Shown here in pieces: positions 1 through 16,030 of a DNA stretch of 64,000 nucleotides. Within the stretch, counting starts at the first letter, position 1, and every line of letters starts with the position of its first letter. Under the pieces are notes generated by a model that saw only the letters and a list, made by a program, of their open reading frames with translations, had not been told where the DNA came from and did not search any database. Both the position numbers and the translations under genes were made by a program. Origin of the DNA: Tubiluchus corallicola (Eukaryota; Animalia; Priapulida); assembly GCA_030141605.1 (NCBI GenBank), contig JAQGDQ010000353.1, positions 182,792 through 246,791 on the forward strand. The letters are read 5' to 3'.

Positions 1-84
1 GTATGTTTGGCTATAAAGTTGATTATCGAGTTACTACTATTTTTACATACTATACAAAATTTAAGAAACCGTTTAGCAAAGTGC

Positions 85-665
85 TTACTTGGCTGAATGG
101 TACCAGCCGTATGGGACAAAATAAAAGTGTGAACTTGGCTGAATGGTACTAGCAGTATGGGACAAAATAAAAGTGTGAACTTGGCTGAATGGTACTAGCA
201 GTATGGGACAAAATGAAAGTGTGAACTCTATACGACAGTTTCCATAAGTTACGGATAGCAATATTCCAAGCGGTATCGATAAAATGTATTTTCGAATTAC
301 GTAACCTCCAACTCTAGCAACCGTAATCATATGTCCTAGACAATATTTGAAGTAGTTTACATTTTAAGTCAGAACAAGCAAATGTGAAGTTGGCACATAT
401 ACTATTGGCCTCACTTCGTTTACTAAAAATATCAGCATCATTCGTTAAATTACATGTAATCACGTGACCCAAATGAGTGACTTTATCTGTCCAGGTTAAA
501 GGTGTATTGTCCAGCAATACAGTCGAATAGGGTTTGGAGAGTTAATGCATTTACTTTTTATTTTCGTACCTTAAACATTAACCTAATTAATATCAAATTC
601 TTTGATATACTGTTCACATATTAGAAGAATTCTTTGCAACACTCTTACATTCGGTACCAATTATT
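85..665 (-). mobile_element. Degenerate LINE (L2/CR1-group) reverse transcriptase C-terminal fragment
   Basis: Broken minus-strand frames give LQRILLICEQY, KSKCI and VTHLGHVIT.NL.NDADI...AN.I...F..A...KCKLL...YGC, typical of the post-RT region of L2/Crack-like LINEs. Confidence 0.55.
87..227. repeat. 46-bp tandem repeat, 3 copies
   Basis: acttggctgaatggtactagcagtatgggacaaaataaaagtgtga, repeated three times. Confidence 0.9.
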
Positions 666-732
666 TGTACATTTGCGAAATCTTTTAACGAAAACATTTA
701 TTAATATTTCATAGCACTTTATTTTATTTAAG

Positions 733-2496
733 CAGCACGAAAGAAAATTGAAGAGATGTATCATCCCGCGTGTGAAAGATCAGAATTCTATTCAATGAGC
801 GATCTCAGCAAGCGCCCGGTTCTCTTTTCACCATCCGACCACCATGGACCTGGGGTAATAATAAGAAAAGTATGGTCAACCCCCCCGGACTTTACTTTTT
901 GTTTTTTCTGTAACTGTTAAACTATTACACTTTTAATGTAATCTGTGAAATCATCATCCTCAACTTTTTGTTGGCTACTTCATGCAGCAATTGTTGTGAT
1001 TCTTTACTGTTGTTTTTGGTAATTTAGATACTTTTTGAATTGCAATCATTGTTGTTTTCTATATATTTTCGTGTAAAGTGTACTATATAAACTGTACTAT
1101 ACTAACACTATAGTACAGTGGATTAGCTCTCATATTACAAGCAATGGTGCATTTTCTGAGAAAATTGTGAATTTTTTTACTTAAGTAGACACCATAACAT
1201 TTCATTTTATATGGAGGGAAATCAAGTTTGACCTTTGATGGTTATTAGAGGTCATATTCAAAATGGCCACCAATGAAAATGACAAAACTCTTTAAAACGT
1301 CATAATTTTGCCAATATTTAACATAGAGCTACAAGATAAAGCATCTAAATATACTAAAATTTAATTTAGCATTTAATACAATACATCTGAAAACAAGATT
1401 TTCTAATCACTTTTGAATATTTGACTTTGCATTTGACAGAAATCCAAGATGGCGCTTATGCATGCAATTCTCAAATATCAAATATTCTCAAAAAATGCAC
1501 AGTTCTTATGCTTTAGACTTATCTGCTATACTACTATATATCAGGGATTAATAGACGCCAACTATTGCATACCAGCTCCCAATAATAGTGGCTTATAACA
1601 GATAACAGTTAACCCAAAATCAAATTTGTCGGAGACTGTGAAAAATTGTGAACAATTGTTGTGTGAGTCTAAACCTCGACTCAGCTTACAATTTATTGAT
1701 TTGGTTCACAATTTCTGCTTTGCTTAACACATTAACTGTCAGGTTAATTGTTGAGAATTACTGACTTATTATGTATATTGATTATTGGATAGCAGGTGTC
1801 ACCATTAATAGAGATTAATTAATTAACTTTGATGATTATGTAAAAAGATTTTATTGGTGTTATGTCTTCTTAATTTGCTGTGTGTTACATATTAGGTAGT
1901 TCCAGTTGAAGTAGCTTACTATCAAGAGGCTTCGTCGAGTTTGGCTGTAGCAGCTTCCGTAAGGTACGGTAGAGTTCTGCTCTTTTTTCAATGTAGCTCA
2001 TGACATTTCATCATTTTTCTTTGAAGTATTTCCTTAATAACTATGCAACTTATATGGAAGCAATTCATGTAATACTATATATATATATATAATGGTTTAT
2101 AAAAAGAACACCCTTAAGAACACAGGAAGCTAGATAGTAGTAATTTTAAGTAATTATGTAATTATATATATATAGGCACCATAACACTTCATTTTATACA
2201 TGGAGGGAAATCAAGTTTGACCTTTGATGGCTGTTAGAGGTCATATTCAAAATGGCCACCATCAAAAATGACAAATTTCTTTAAATCGTCATAATTTTGC
2301 CAATATTTAACATAGAGCTACAAAATAAAGCATCTCAATATGCTAAAATTTAATTTGGCATCTAATACAATACATCTGCAAAGAATATTTTAAATCATTT
2401 CTGAATATTTGACTTTGTATTTGACAGAAATCTAAGATGGCCAAGAAATTCTCAAATATTAGAAACGATTTATATATATATATATACATATATATG

Positions 2497-2527
<31 letters not shown>

Positions 2528-2648
2528 GTATATGTATATATGTATATGTATATATATGTGTATATGTATATATATGTATGTATATATGTATATGTGTATG
2601 TGTATATGTATATGTATATATGTATATGTATATATGTATATATATATG

Positions 2649-2685
<37 letters not shown>

Positions 2686-5210
2686 TACTGAAATAATTTT
2701 AATTTTAATTTTGTTCTGTAAGGATTTGCATCATCATAATGATAATGATAAATTTTTATTGAACTAAATGGTAATGAATATTACACACACACAGTGCCTC
2801 CATTTGCAGGCAGATGTTTACGCAAGTTTAACGTAATGCAGTGCAATCTTATTCGCTAATAATGCCTAGTGGAATTGTGACGTTTCAAAATGAATTCGTT
2901 GTGATGATAAATTCAAGTAGTCGAATCAAAGTCAAACATTTTCAAAAAGTAGTTGTAAATGTTGTTGTCGTAGTCTTTATGTGTTGATGCATTATGGGAA
3001 CACTAAATATACTAGTAATTGAATGAAAAATTGATTTTAATAAAATATCCATTTGTATTTTTAGCCCAGTTCCTCCTGTGCAGGATAAGTTAGAAGAATA
3101 TCATTCAGCTGTGAGGTGAGTTTAATTAATTAAGTTGATTTTGTTAAAGGAAAACAGGATGATTTTTCATATCCTACCCCTTTTTAGAGTGCGGTAAAAG
3201 TATATGTTTTAACACTTATAACAATGCCAAAGCATTTCTGATAATTATGGTTAAAAACTTAGTTAACAACAGGCGAGCCAAACAGGTCATGACATCACAA
3301 CTGAACATAATTTTCAATAGTACAAGCATTCTATGAGCTTATTGCACACGTTTGCTACTGTTTTACAGTACAATATTCAGTGTATATAACGACTCGCCAA
3401 ATTTTAAGTTTAAAAGTTCAAGCATCAGCACTCGAGTGTGTGTACTACATCACTGAACTGAGGTACAGCAGATTTGGACAACACATTTTTAACATGCAGG
3501 TGCTAGTGCCCATCTAACTAGTGAGCGGGGCAAATGCAATATTACATTTCTGTGGTAATAACTCTTTCACATAAGTCATTCTTGAAAATATAGGATGTTC
3601 CTTCCCAATATTTTATAGATTAGAATATTTTAAGCTGTAGATTAGGATTGTGTCCTGTTTTCTTTAAATATTAAAGATATTTCTGTCAAGTCAATATATT
3701 TTAAATAATATATTTGTTATCCACCATTATCTGGGCATTTTGATTTCATTGTATATTGCTTTTGTAGCAGCCCGGATCAACGCACGGATAAACTCGAAGA
3801 GGTTTTGACAGAATCTGAACTTCTTTTACCTGCTGCAAAGAAACAAAAAACCGATGCTGGTGATAGAATCATGCTATATGTAAAAGAAGAAACGGAAAAA
3901 GCTTTTAATCCGTTTCATTTGGTTCCACCTATTGTTGCCAGCTTGCTGAATGCCGTTGAAATAAAGTACAAAGTTCCAAAAGAAAGTGTACGAAATGTTT
4001 TTAAAGTATCTAAGAAAGGGTAAGAAATGTCGATTACTACGTTTAAAAATGTCTGTTTTGTTTAACGTAACTACTATATGTTTAAGATAGGTTTTGATTT
4101 TTGAGGTATAGACTTTTTTGTCAGTATGACTCAGTGGCGTAGCTAACGGGTGAGCAAGCGGAGCAACCACTTGTACGTGACATGCGTTCGACTTCATTTT
4201 ATGTGAAGAAAAAATAAAAATTCTTTCTGCTAAACCAACGTCAAAACATTAAGTAACTGGTATAATGATAATTAATAAAAATATGACATGACGAAATGTG
4301 AAGAAATGAAACTTACATCTTTGCCGCATACTGGTGACTCACTTCTTTCATATCCTAGCTGTGAAATGAGGCCAATGGCCTATTTCCTGTCCTAGCTTAC
4401 CTGTCTAAATTTGCAAAAAACCAACACCAGGAGGCACCACGTGCTTATATCCAAAACACCACTCCCCAGAGAAAATTTTTCAAAATTGGTGCCTTTTCAA
4501 GAATGGAATCATTATTTTATTTGATCAACCCGCCTTCCATGTTTTTGAAATGAGCGTGCATTTACACAACTCATTTGTCAAGGTTGACTTATCAAAGTGC
4601 CACAAATCTAATTATTATAATATATTTTTGTCACACGATTGTCTAGTAGTAGGCGTACTGTCAACTATATACTGCAAAGACAAGTTTCGGCGCCTTATTA
4701 TACTCATTATTTCGTAGTTCTTATACAAAATAACAATTATGTACTCCATTTAAAACTGTATCTTCCGCGTGTTTCACTTTTAAACACAAAATTAATATGT
4801 ATAATCATTGCGTTAAAAATTGTTTGGTGTGTGTCATGGTACCTTTTTTAGTGCTTGCTCCGCCTAACATTGAAATCTGGCTACGCCCCTGATGACTATA
4901 TGTTTGGCAAAGTTATATATGGTAGCAGTTTCATTTTGTGTGACTGTTATTTAGCTGTATGACATGTTTTTTTAAAATGACCTGCCTAACTTTTATAATT
5001 TTACTTTAGCTCTTTATTTTGATTTTGAAAAAAAAATTTAAAGAAAAAATCATTATGGGAAATATTGTATGATGTCGATAATTTGCTTTTGCTGCTAACA
5101 TAGTAATAATGATGATGCTGGCGATGATGATGATGATGATGATGATGATGGTGATGGTGGTGATGGTAACAACAACAACAACAACAACAACAATGATAAC
5201 AACAACAACA

Positions 5211-5257
<47 letters not shown>

Positions 5258-5643
5258 CGTGATGATGATGACGATGATGATGATGCTGCTGATGCTGCTG
5301 CTGCTGATGATGATAATGATGATAAATGATGATGATGATAACAACAACAACAACAACAACAACGATGACGATGATGATGAAGATGATGATGATGATGATG
5401 ATGATTACAAATCTTTATTTGAAATTTTTACGTACCATAAACATTTTAGGTTTTAGCAACACTTGAAAAAGCATTTATAATTGTCTCCGTTAATTTAATT
5501 ATTTCTTGTTCATTTGCAGCATCACGGTGAAAATTGATGATGAGATGCTACAGCACTACCACACAGAGGATTGTTTTTTGATTGATATACGTCACATTCC
5601 GGATGCAGACAAGTATGACATCACACTCACCGAGCTACAGTAG
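733..5643 (+). CDS. grh: Grainyhead-family transcription factor, 3' portion (last 5 coding exons; 5' part lies outside the window)
   Basis: Exons 733-854 ([33 protein letters not shown], resembling the segment after the Grh DNA-binding domain), 1896-1963, 3065-3115, 3768-4019 ([23 protein letters not shown]...KYK...KVSKKG) and 5520-5643 ([21 protein letters not shown]...YDITLTELQ*). All are GT-AG with consistent phases. The last two exons match the Grh/GRHL C-terminal dimerisation domain. Confidence 0.9.
1188..1490. repeat. Dispersed repeat of about 290 bp (TE-derived), copy 1
   Basis: Highly similar to 2177-2462 in the same orientation (caccataaca...atggagggaaatcaagtttgacctttgatgg...caaaatggccacc...aagatggc). 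Confidence 0.8.
2177..2462. repeat. Dispersed repeat of about 290 bp (TE-derived), copy 2
   Basis: Direct copy of 1188-1490; the two copies flank grh exon 1896-1963. Confidence 0.8.
2471..2682. repeat. (TA)n/(TATG)n microsatellite
   Basis: Directly visible in the sequence. Confidence 0.95.
4132..4891. mobile_element. MITE (hAT-like termini)
   Basis: TIRs cagtggcgtagc / gctacgcccctg, with a flanking direct repeat atgact. Confidence 0.65.
5109..5405. repeat. Compound (GAT)n/(AAC)n microsatellite
   Basis: Directly visible in the sequence. Confidence 0.95.
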
Positions 5644-6829
5644 AACATTTTATACCCGCAAGCTTTACACCATTTTAATGTGAACTGTGCTTTAGTCCAT
5701 TGATGATTTTTTATTTTTGTGGTGGTGAAGAAAATTATCGCGTGCCAGCTAAGGTGAACTGTCATTGCTTGTTATTTGTAGGTAATAATGTTTATTAGGG
5801 ATGAATATATAATGTTATGTTGTGAAACATTGTCCATTAAATTTTGTAAAAACTTTAATTAGATGCCACGTGTGAGCGAAGCAATGATTTACAAGTTTAT
5901 AGTAAATATCAAATTTTCATTTTCGAGATAAGTTCATTGTTACATAGATAAATTTGAATATGCGCAACTGTTTGTTCGACAGAAGTACTAAATAGAAGCC
6001 AAAGTATTCATCTTACTTCAGTTTTGCAAACCATTTTAATAAAATAGAGATTATAGCCACATTGTCACCTATAGTCATGTACAGAAAAGATATGTTATCA
6101 CTATTATTGATTGCTTTTGTTTAATATAATGCAATAATGTGCAATAGTTTGTGTAAAGTCTAACTAGTTATTTTGATCATAAGCAAAAAACACTTGCCGT
6201 CTTAGCTATTTCTTATGCATTTCACTAATTCTCATTAGCTGTGAGTAAATTATGATAATTTTGGTCTCTGTGAGCCAAGTTACTTTAAGTAAAATAATTG
6301 GATATTGCTAATCTGTAAGTCAGAAGAAAGCAAATCTCTTTTTGATAGAGTATAGTTTTAGTTTTCATGTATTTTCTTATATGCATACAAAATTTGTGTC
6401 ATAGCAGATTATTTGTAGTACAGTTTGATGTAATTTAGTTATTTTTGTACATAAGTTTATTAATTTCTGTAATCAGTTTAAAGATGGCGCGTTTTGAAGT
6501 TCGTGAATTTTTTTATATGATAAGTACTACTGCAGTAAAAATCATATTCACTTACTTGTAAGTAAACTGCATACTTGGCAGTTTGTTGACAATATTTTCC
6601 ATAGTTCTGGCATTTTCATATACTCTTACTATTGTATAAATAAGTGAAAGTTTAAATTTAGTGTCATAATTTTGGTTTTTTATATATCGTATTTCTTGAT
6701 GTGTTAGGAAAATCGTTGTAGCTTTTAAGTCTAGCATACTTAAATCTTTTCACACATCACATCAGTTCCTGATAAGTAAGTTCTTTCTATATAATTTTTG
6801 TATAACACTTTCATATATTAGTTTATAAT

Positions 6830-7016
6830 CAGTGCTTAAAGTGTGCCGGGTACTAAACTGACCCTTTTTCGACCATTAAAGGCCTCAAAAGCCTAAAATC
6901 AAAGAAAATGTAAGCCCCAGACCCCACTGGGGCAGCGCCCTCCCAGATTTTTTAGCTGTGTCTTGTTCTCTTCCTCCATGAGACCCCTTACCTAAATATA
7001 TACACTTTAAGCACTG
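6830..7016. mobile_element. Short hAT-type MITE
   Basis: TIRs cagtgcttaaagtgt / acactttaagcactg; degenerate 8-bp TSD tttataat / tttgtaac. Confidence 0.75.
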
Positions 7017-8774
7017 TTTGTAACATAGTCCCTGCAGATAATTACTTTTGCATAATGTACATATAAAGACATTCTACATTTGTAGATATTTTATAGCTAG
7101 AGTTTAGTAACAGCAGAGGTCTTGGTCTTAATAGCCAACTTTGAATCCTTCTCTAATTTGTTACTGGATGACACACAACTGACGCCATTTTGTAAATACG
7201 ACATTCATTTTATTCAAGTCACTAGAAGAATGTTTATGACAATGTTTTTGATAATAAGGATTTATTGATTGCCAAATTTTAATGGCATATTATGTAAATA
7301 GTACCATTATTACATTGCAGGCATTGTGTGCATCCTATAAAGTTTCATAATGATTATGTGCATATTAACTATACATTCCATAACCATTAACATTTTTAAT
7401 TCATATTAGTTTGATAAATTATTATCTACTGCAGTTTTTTTATTAGTGGGACCTTATGCCGATTTCATAGGGTGCTAATTGTAAACATAAAACATTTAAA
7501 TAATTAATATCATTTACATAATTATATTCTTGAACTATTGTACAGTTATTTTCCATGTTTGTATATTTCACGTTTATGGTGGCAGCTAACATGAGTTTGT
7601 TGCATAAAGTGTTAGCACTTAGTGCATATCAATTCTTATATTTTTGTTGCAAAATTATGGATCTCATCTTACTGATAAAGCTAGCAGGGTGCAAGTGGTG
7701 AAATCTTGCTTATTTTTTTATTAAAAACTTTGTAGTTTTTTTCTTGACAAATAAATTGGGTAAAAATAATCAGTGTGTAAATGTATTAGGTGTTTTTTTT
7801 TGATGCTGCATTTTTGACTTATTTCAAAAATGGCCGCCACACAAAGCGAAAAATTAATTATGCCGATCAAGCAATTATATTAACTATTTCACCTAAAGAC
7901 TTATAAAAACAAAAAGCGATTATTTTATGAGTTCGACCTTCTGAATCTAAAAATCAGGTATTACACCACAAAAAGAATGCAAAGTGACGTAAACGTTTTA
8001 ATTACCAAAAAAACAAAATGGCCACCTGATGACGGCATATATAAACTTAGAATCTATCAAAGTAATTAATTTCAGATATGAAGCTAATAGAGAATCATTC
8101 AATATGGCTGTCATTTTGAGATAGCCAACAAGATGGCTGTTGCTAGACTTTAGAAGACGTATCTAAGTTGTTAGAGCAGGTAAGACGATTTTGAGGTGTC
8201 CAAATATAGGTTTTCACAGCCAAGGAATCCATTTTGCTGCTTAAAAACACATATGACATAATTTCAATTAGATTTTTGAAATGGCGGCCAAGATGGTTAC
8301 TGCCACAAGTAAAGTCATGTTAAGTGCATTGCATGTTGTAAGGCAAATAGAACGATGGTTTTGGTATCTATATATAGGATTGAAAGGTCAGAGGTTTTGG
8401 GCAGTATTTAATATGGTCCCATGCCCGACTCGGAGCATATGGTGATACCGGAATTTTATGTAAGAATTGTAGCCGAGTGTAGTACACTGTTATGTATAGA
8501 TAACAACTTTCAGGAGTAAAAGAAAGTAGCCTAGGAGAAATAAACAGTGTTTCAATAACTTACTTTTTTTATAAGTAATATTTTTACTTACTTACTTACT
8601 TGTAGTGGGTGGTAGTAATAGTAGCAGCAGCAGATTATTAATAAACGAAAGTTAGTGTGTTAGTGCGAAAGTTAGTTTTACTGGTAGTTGAGGAGAATTT
8701 ATAGGCATTACTACATGTTCCTATGTAGCAAGTTTGCAATTCTTGTATTTGACGAGCATCTGCTTATACACGAG

Positions 8775-8939
8775 TACGGCGTTGAAAATACCGATCACCG
8801 AAGTTAAGCAACGACGAGGCGGGTTAGTACTTGGATGGGTGACTGACTAGGAATACCAGGTGCTGCAGGTTCAAATCACGTTGAAGACAGGTTCTCGTCT
8901 GATCACCGAAGTTAAGCGACGTAGAGGCGGGTTAGTACT
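8775..8939 (+). pseudogene. Two tandem degenerate 5S rRNA-derived segments
   Basis: 8775-8871 reads tacggc-gttgaaaata-ccgatcaccgaagttaagcaacg...gttagtacttggatgggtgac...ggaataccaggtgctgcaggtt (internal deletions). 8872-8939 is a second partial copy (caaatcacgttgaagacaggttctcgtctgatcaccgaagttaagc...gttagtact), followed by (AGT)n/(TAAG)n. Confidence 0.8.
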
Positions 8940-8979
8940 AGTACGTAAGTAAGTAGTAGTAGTAGTAGTAGTTAGTAGT

Positions 8980-9031
<52 letters not shown>

Positions 9032-9699
9032 TTGTTAAGATTGAGAGTCATTGCTAGCGAAAGAATCTGACAATATTCGGTATATACATGTAAAATAGAA
9101 ATCCATTAATTTTTTATACTTTTTATATGAATAAGTTTCATGGCTATACATAGAAGATTATGAATGTCAGTACAAAAATGAAAAACTACAAAACTCAGTC
9201 AGAATTAATTTCTCTAAGTCCAAAATACTGTTCTTATTGTAGCAGCGTAATCCTATCACTGAAGAGTAGTACAAGTAATCAAAACCATAATATCTAAATA
9301 ATAGAGAAAGAATTATCGATGCAGGTAGATTATCGCTAGAAGATAGATACAGAAATATAGACAAATATCATGGGGAAAGTGATAAAGCGAAAATCTTACA
9401 GTCTAAACATGAGACAATATAAGCGTATGGGCCGCTTCTAGGGGGACGGCGGTGATATTTAGCTCAGAACATTTTTCTTCGCCCAAAATTTATTTGTGGC
9501 ACAAAATCGATACTTCTGACAAAAAAATACAAATAGTGTGATTGAATGATTGCACCAATGGCACAAAAATTTTCGATGTTTTACAGTCAAAAAATCACCG
9601 GACAAATGATATTTTGAAGGAAGTCTGTCCCATTTTTTTTTTGGCATTCGCTCAGATTTAGGGCAATTTTCTTTGTGTCCTGGCTTGTACGCCTATGTA

Positions 9700-10692
9700 A
9701 GACAATGAATAATAACTAGGTAATAACCTGTACATTTACAAAGCATAGAAAATAAACAGTACATAAAACATTTTCCAGTCCTTGCAAGAAGCAATTTCCA
9801 TTCCGTAGATATTTCATTTGTTTGAAGATGGAAGCGCTCTAAATGTGGTCTAGTGTCTTTAGTACAGGCTAATAGATTCACAATATTCGTTTCGTGCGGA
9901 TAACTAGTCACAATGCCGCATTTAACGCTGGTAAACAGCCCAGAAAACGAACATTTTAGTTCAGCAGTGGCCGCCATCTTGAATGCTGGAGTCCAATCCT
10001 GTCGGTAGTTTCACCAATGTGCTGTTCAGGCCCCTAGTTGCCGAAGATGAATATTTATGACGTTTTGAAGTATTTTGACAAGATTTTTCAACTCATGTTT
10101 ACCTACACGAAGCTTTTTGATGAACGTTGTTACCTATATTTTCACCCTGATATATGACTCTTTCAGGGGTCTTTTACAATAGGGTGGAAATTCGCTCCAT
10201 CGAAGTTGTCACTGCAGCATAGTGGGATGGGATGCTCTATTCACATACATATCGATATTTTTGTCCCCGCCCCCGCAGTGGGTGAGATATAAGACTTTAA
10301 AATGACTGAGTATTTGCATCTTGTGCGTAATGCGAGCTTAAAGACCCCCAGTAGAGCCGAAAGAGGGGGGTTTGGGACAAAAGTAAAAAAGTCATTTTGG
10401 AGAAGATAACAAGAACCAATACTGTGCAGAGTCAGATCTATTCAAACCCGGTGGTTGCTGCATGGCTAATCCTTCAAATATAGGCAAAAAATAGAGAAAA
10501 ATGGGTACTTTTTTCATAAAAATCGGCCTATGCTGTACCTCTGCTACCATGAGGAGTTGGACCAAACGGATTCACATAGTGAATGCTAGTGACTAGTGGA
10601 CCTCATACCCGAACTTTGGTCTGAATCGGTTTACCTAACCTTGTGCCGGAATTTTTCGATTTTGCATGGTCTTCTCGCGGACACGTTCTTAA
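9700..10692 (-). mobile_element. Probable 5' end of a TTAA-type DNA transposon with a truncated first coding exon
   Basis: GC-richer block with a terminus near ttaa at 10689-10692. ORF 9977-9693 starts in a strong aagATGgcg context with a Cys/His pattern (C..S...C....LL.C..D...HL......E..LLLARTG) reminiscent of transposon-borne proteins. No downstream exons found. Confidence 0.35.
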
Positions 10693-11681
10693 CAAGTTAT
10701 TTTTTGTTAAAGGCTTGAATGGTTTACACTTCGCACCTAATTACTGCCGCAACTTTTGAGAGAACTGTCAAGATGACATAAAAAAAGTATCACTGTACTG
10801 TTTGCATTTCAGAATTAAGTGTAGTGTTTTTTTAATATTTTCGGCTTTTTTAAACGAGACAACCGTTTGTCTGCACTCACGTGATTGCCAATTGCCGATA
10901 TACTTCTTAAAGTATAGATGATATTAAAATTACTTTTGCTGAAATAACAATGATCTATTTGCAATGTCATAGAATAGATATCAACTAGTATTTAATTAAA
11001 CACAGCAACGACTTTATTCACATTTCTCATATCAAAACAAAAACTACTACAAGCAATGGTGATGCATTTTATGTTTTTTGACAATAGCTTCACAGTATTA
11101 ACTGTAATGTGGAGATCCCATGTTAACAAACAGCAGCGCACCACAACTAGCACGCGGCATCTACATGCACGGATAACAATGCGAGATAATTTTGAATTTC
11201 GACTTTGAATATGAGACGACAAAAAACTGATTAACGAAATTTCATGATAGCCGTGAAGCTGCAAAAGTATTGTTTTTGCGGAATAGTACAATACACTAGT
11301 AACAATCTACAGAACAATCTGCCTTACGTAATTTTTTGCCATAAGATGGCACCACCGACTAAACCAAAATCATTTCTAGAGTACAACTTCTAATAAGTGA
11401 ACTAACGAATATCTGAGTGATTAATTTGCAAAAACAATATGGATGTGCAGAAAAAATTTACAAAAAGTACTATAAAGGCTTGTAATATAAAATTTACAAT
11501 AGATATTACATATAAAATACATGCACGACACATTAAGCGATTATTTAATTTAATCATTATTTACAAAACTCATTAACAAAAAAAAATGAATAAAGAAGAA
11601 CTTAGTATCCATTTTTATATCAAATTCTGTTGTTATTTACCAATTTTCGATACTGTTAATAAAATATTTCAGCTAAAATTG

Positions 11682-12192
11682 TATAGGTTTTACACGTCAA
11701 ATGTAGACACAGGAAAGTTCAAATGTGACTTAGGCAAGTCAAATGTAGACATAGGAATTTCGAATGTGTTTTGGTAACTCAAATGTGACTTAGGTAAGTC
11801 AAATGTAGATGCATTACTTTGAATAAATCGGTAATTAAGTTACTTAAGTGCAAATTAGAAAAAGATAAACCAAAGATAGTGCATCTATTAGTAGGCTTAT
11901 AACGTTGTTATGTTGTTATTTTAACTTAAGAGCAATTATTAAATTGAAATTAAAGAAGATTAAATTTAACATCCTTAAACTTTAACACCTATCCACATTT
12001 GAGATACCAATGTCACATTTGACTTGACATGTGTCTACATTTGACTTACCAAAAACGCTCAAAATTTCTTGAAAACCATTGTTAACACATTTGAATTACC
12101 TAAGTCTACATTTGAGTTACCAAGACACATTTGAATTACCTAAATCTACATTTGAGTTAACGCAGGTCTACATTTGACATGTAAAACCTATA
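11682..12192. mobile_element. MITE/foldback element with ~21-bp subterminal repeats
   Basis: TIRs tataggttttacacgtcaaatgtagac / gtctacatttgacatgtaaaacctata, with many internal tcaaatgt(a/g)gac repeats. Inverted copy at 51046-51556. Confidence 0.85.
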
Positions 12193-12364
12193 ATAGCGTA
12201 ACCAGAAAAATAATCACATAGCTTCATAAAAGGGAGCACTGACAATCCTGTAGTCCTGTAGTCAAATTATTTAGTTTTTGAGTCCGATTATTAGAACAGA
12301 GAATTTATTGCTATCCAACAAGGATAGCATTTTTACTTAAGTTAGAATAAGGATCTAGAAATTT

Positions 12365-14585
<2,221 letters not shown>

Positions 14586-15559
14586 TTATCAGTTCTATAT
14601 GTACATTTATTATTTGAATGTACATGAGTAAACCAAGCCAAAAGAAATGATTTTATTAGCACTCTGCCTGCGTTAGATTCGGACTATGTTTTCTCTAGCC
14701 GGGATAATAATGCTATAAATGCTTTTGCAAATCTTATCTCGGACGAATTCCTATCGTCTTTCGCCCATACATAAACAGTCTGTCGGTGATGAAATTTTAC
14801 AACTCTCGTCGTGCTTTCTATATGCTGTTTTGTTTTTATTTATGATTATGTGAATTCACATTAGAATTGGCAATTATGTTTATTATAATTGTACTCGCTG
14901 TTTTTCATTGTGTATATATAACGTGTGTAAATTTTTGTTACTCAGCGTTAAAATATGTTCGTTATCGTTTATTATGTATGTATGTATGTATGTATGTAGT
15001 GTTGGATTATAATTTGTAACTATGTCTATTGTATATGATCATTGTCGTTCAATGTGTCTCATGCGTTGGATTCTATATTATATATATATATGTGAAAATT
15101 TTTAATACGTTGTAAATGCTTTTAGAAAGTTTAAACATGTCCCTACAAATAGAGGGAATGTATTCTGTACATAGTTTTTGAAAATAAAGAATTATTATAA
15201 TAATAATAATCTATATGTATAATAGCAATAGGTAACTCAAAATGATTAATGTAAGACCACTTTCTCATTTCCACATATATTCCAAAGCTGATATGTTCAG
15301 TAAGCCTTTAAGAACTGAATGAATTACCTCTGTGACTGACAAAATACATTATGAATAGCTACTAAGTTACAATCTGTCAATACAAACATCAGACGACAGT
15401 TGACAAGCGTATAATATATCATTGTATCTAAAATCATCTTACTGCTGTAGAAGGCACTGCTAGTTCCCATGCCTACAAAATAATTTAACCTTTTAACAGT
15501 TACTAAAACAAAAATTAGCTTAACTATCAAAATTATCGATACACTGGAAATCCATATGC

Positions 15560-16030
15560 TGTTATACGTATGGTGGGTTGATCAACATTCACAAACTTGA
15601 GCTAAAAAATGTCTTGTTGTCAATTATTTTTTACATTTCAGACAAGTAGCCATTCCAAACAAGCCGCTTATCGTATAGCATTTGACAATTACAATATCTT
15701 AGTTGCATCTATCAGTTGAATAAATAACAGCGCAAATTCCTTTCATAAGTAGCACAAAAATGCATCAAGGTTACAAAGTAAATAAATAACTTTACAGTCC
15801 TATGCCAACAATGTATTAATGTCACAAATATCTGAATTCAAATGCTTTGTCATGACTGACTCTACCATTAAAATGGGCTTTCTGGAATTGCAACTAGTTG
15901 AAGTCTGCCAATCTACTGGCCATCACCAGGTATGCAGCATTAGCATACAAAACCTTCCAGTCTATTAGTATCCAAGTTGTTCAAAATGCAAGAAATATGC
16001 TATGATTTGAAACATTGTAAAAACAAATTT
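15560..16030 (-). mobile_element. Possible heavily decayed hAT transposase relic
   Basis: Minus-strand sequence around 15795-15870 resembles F(D)GxSVMT and INIHCxAHR motifs, but only with frameshifts. Confidence 0.25.

Noticed and set aside
15534-15541. DRE motif TATCGATA upstream of ELOC
   Set aside because: The transcription start is unknown and the 8-mer also occurs at about 273 inside a LINE relic, so chance occurrence is likely.
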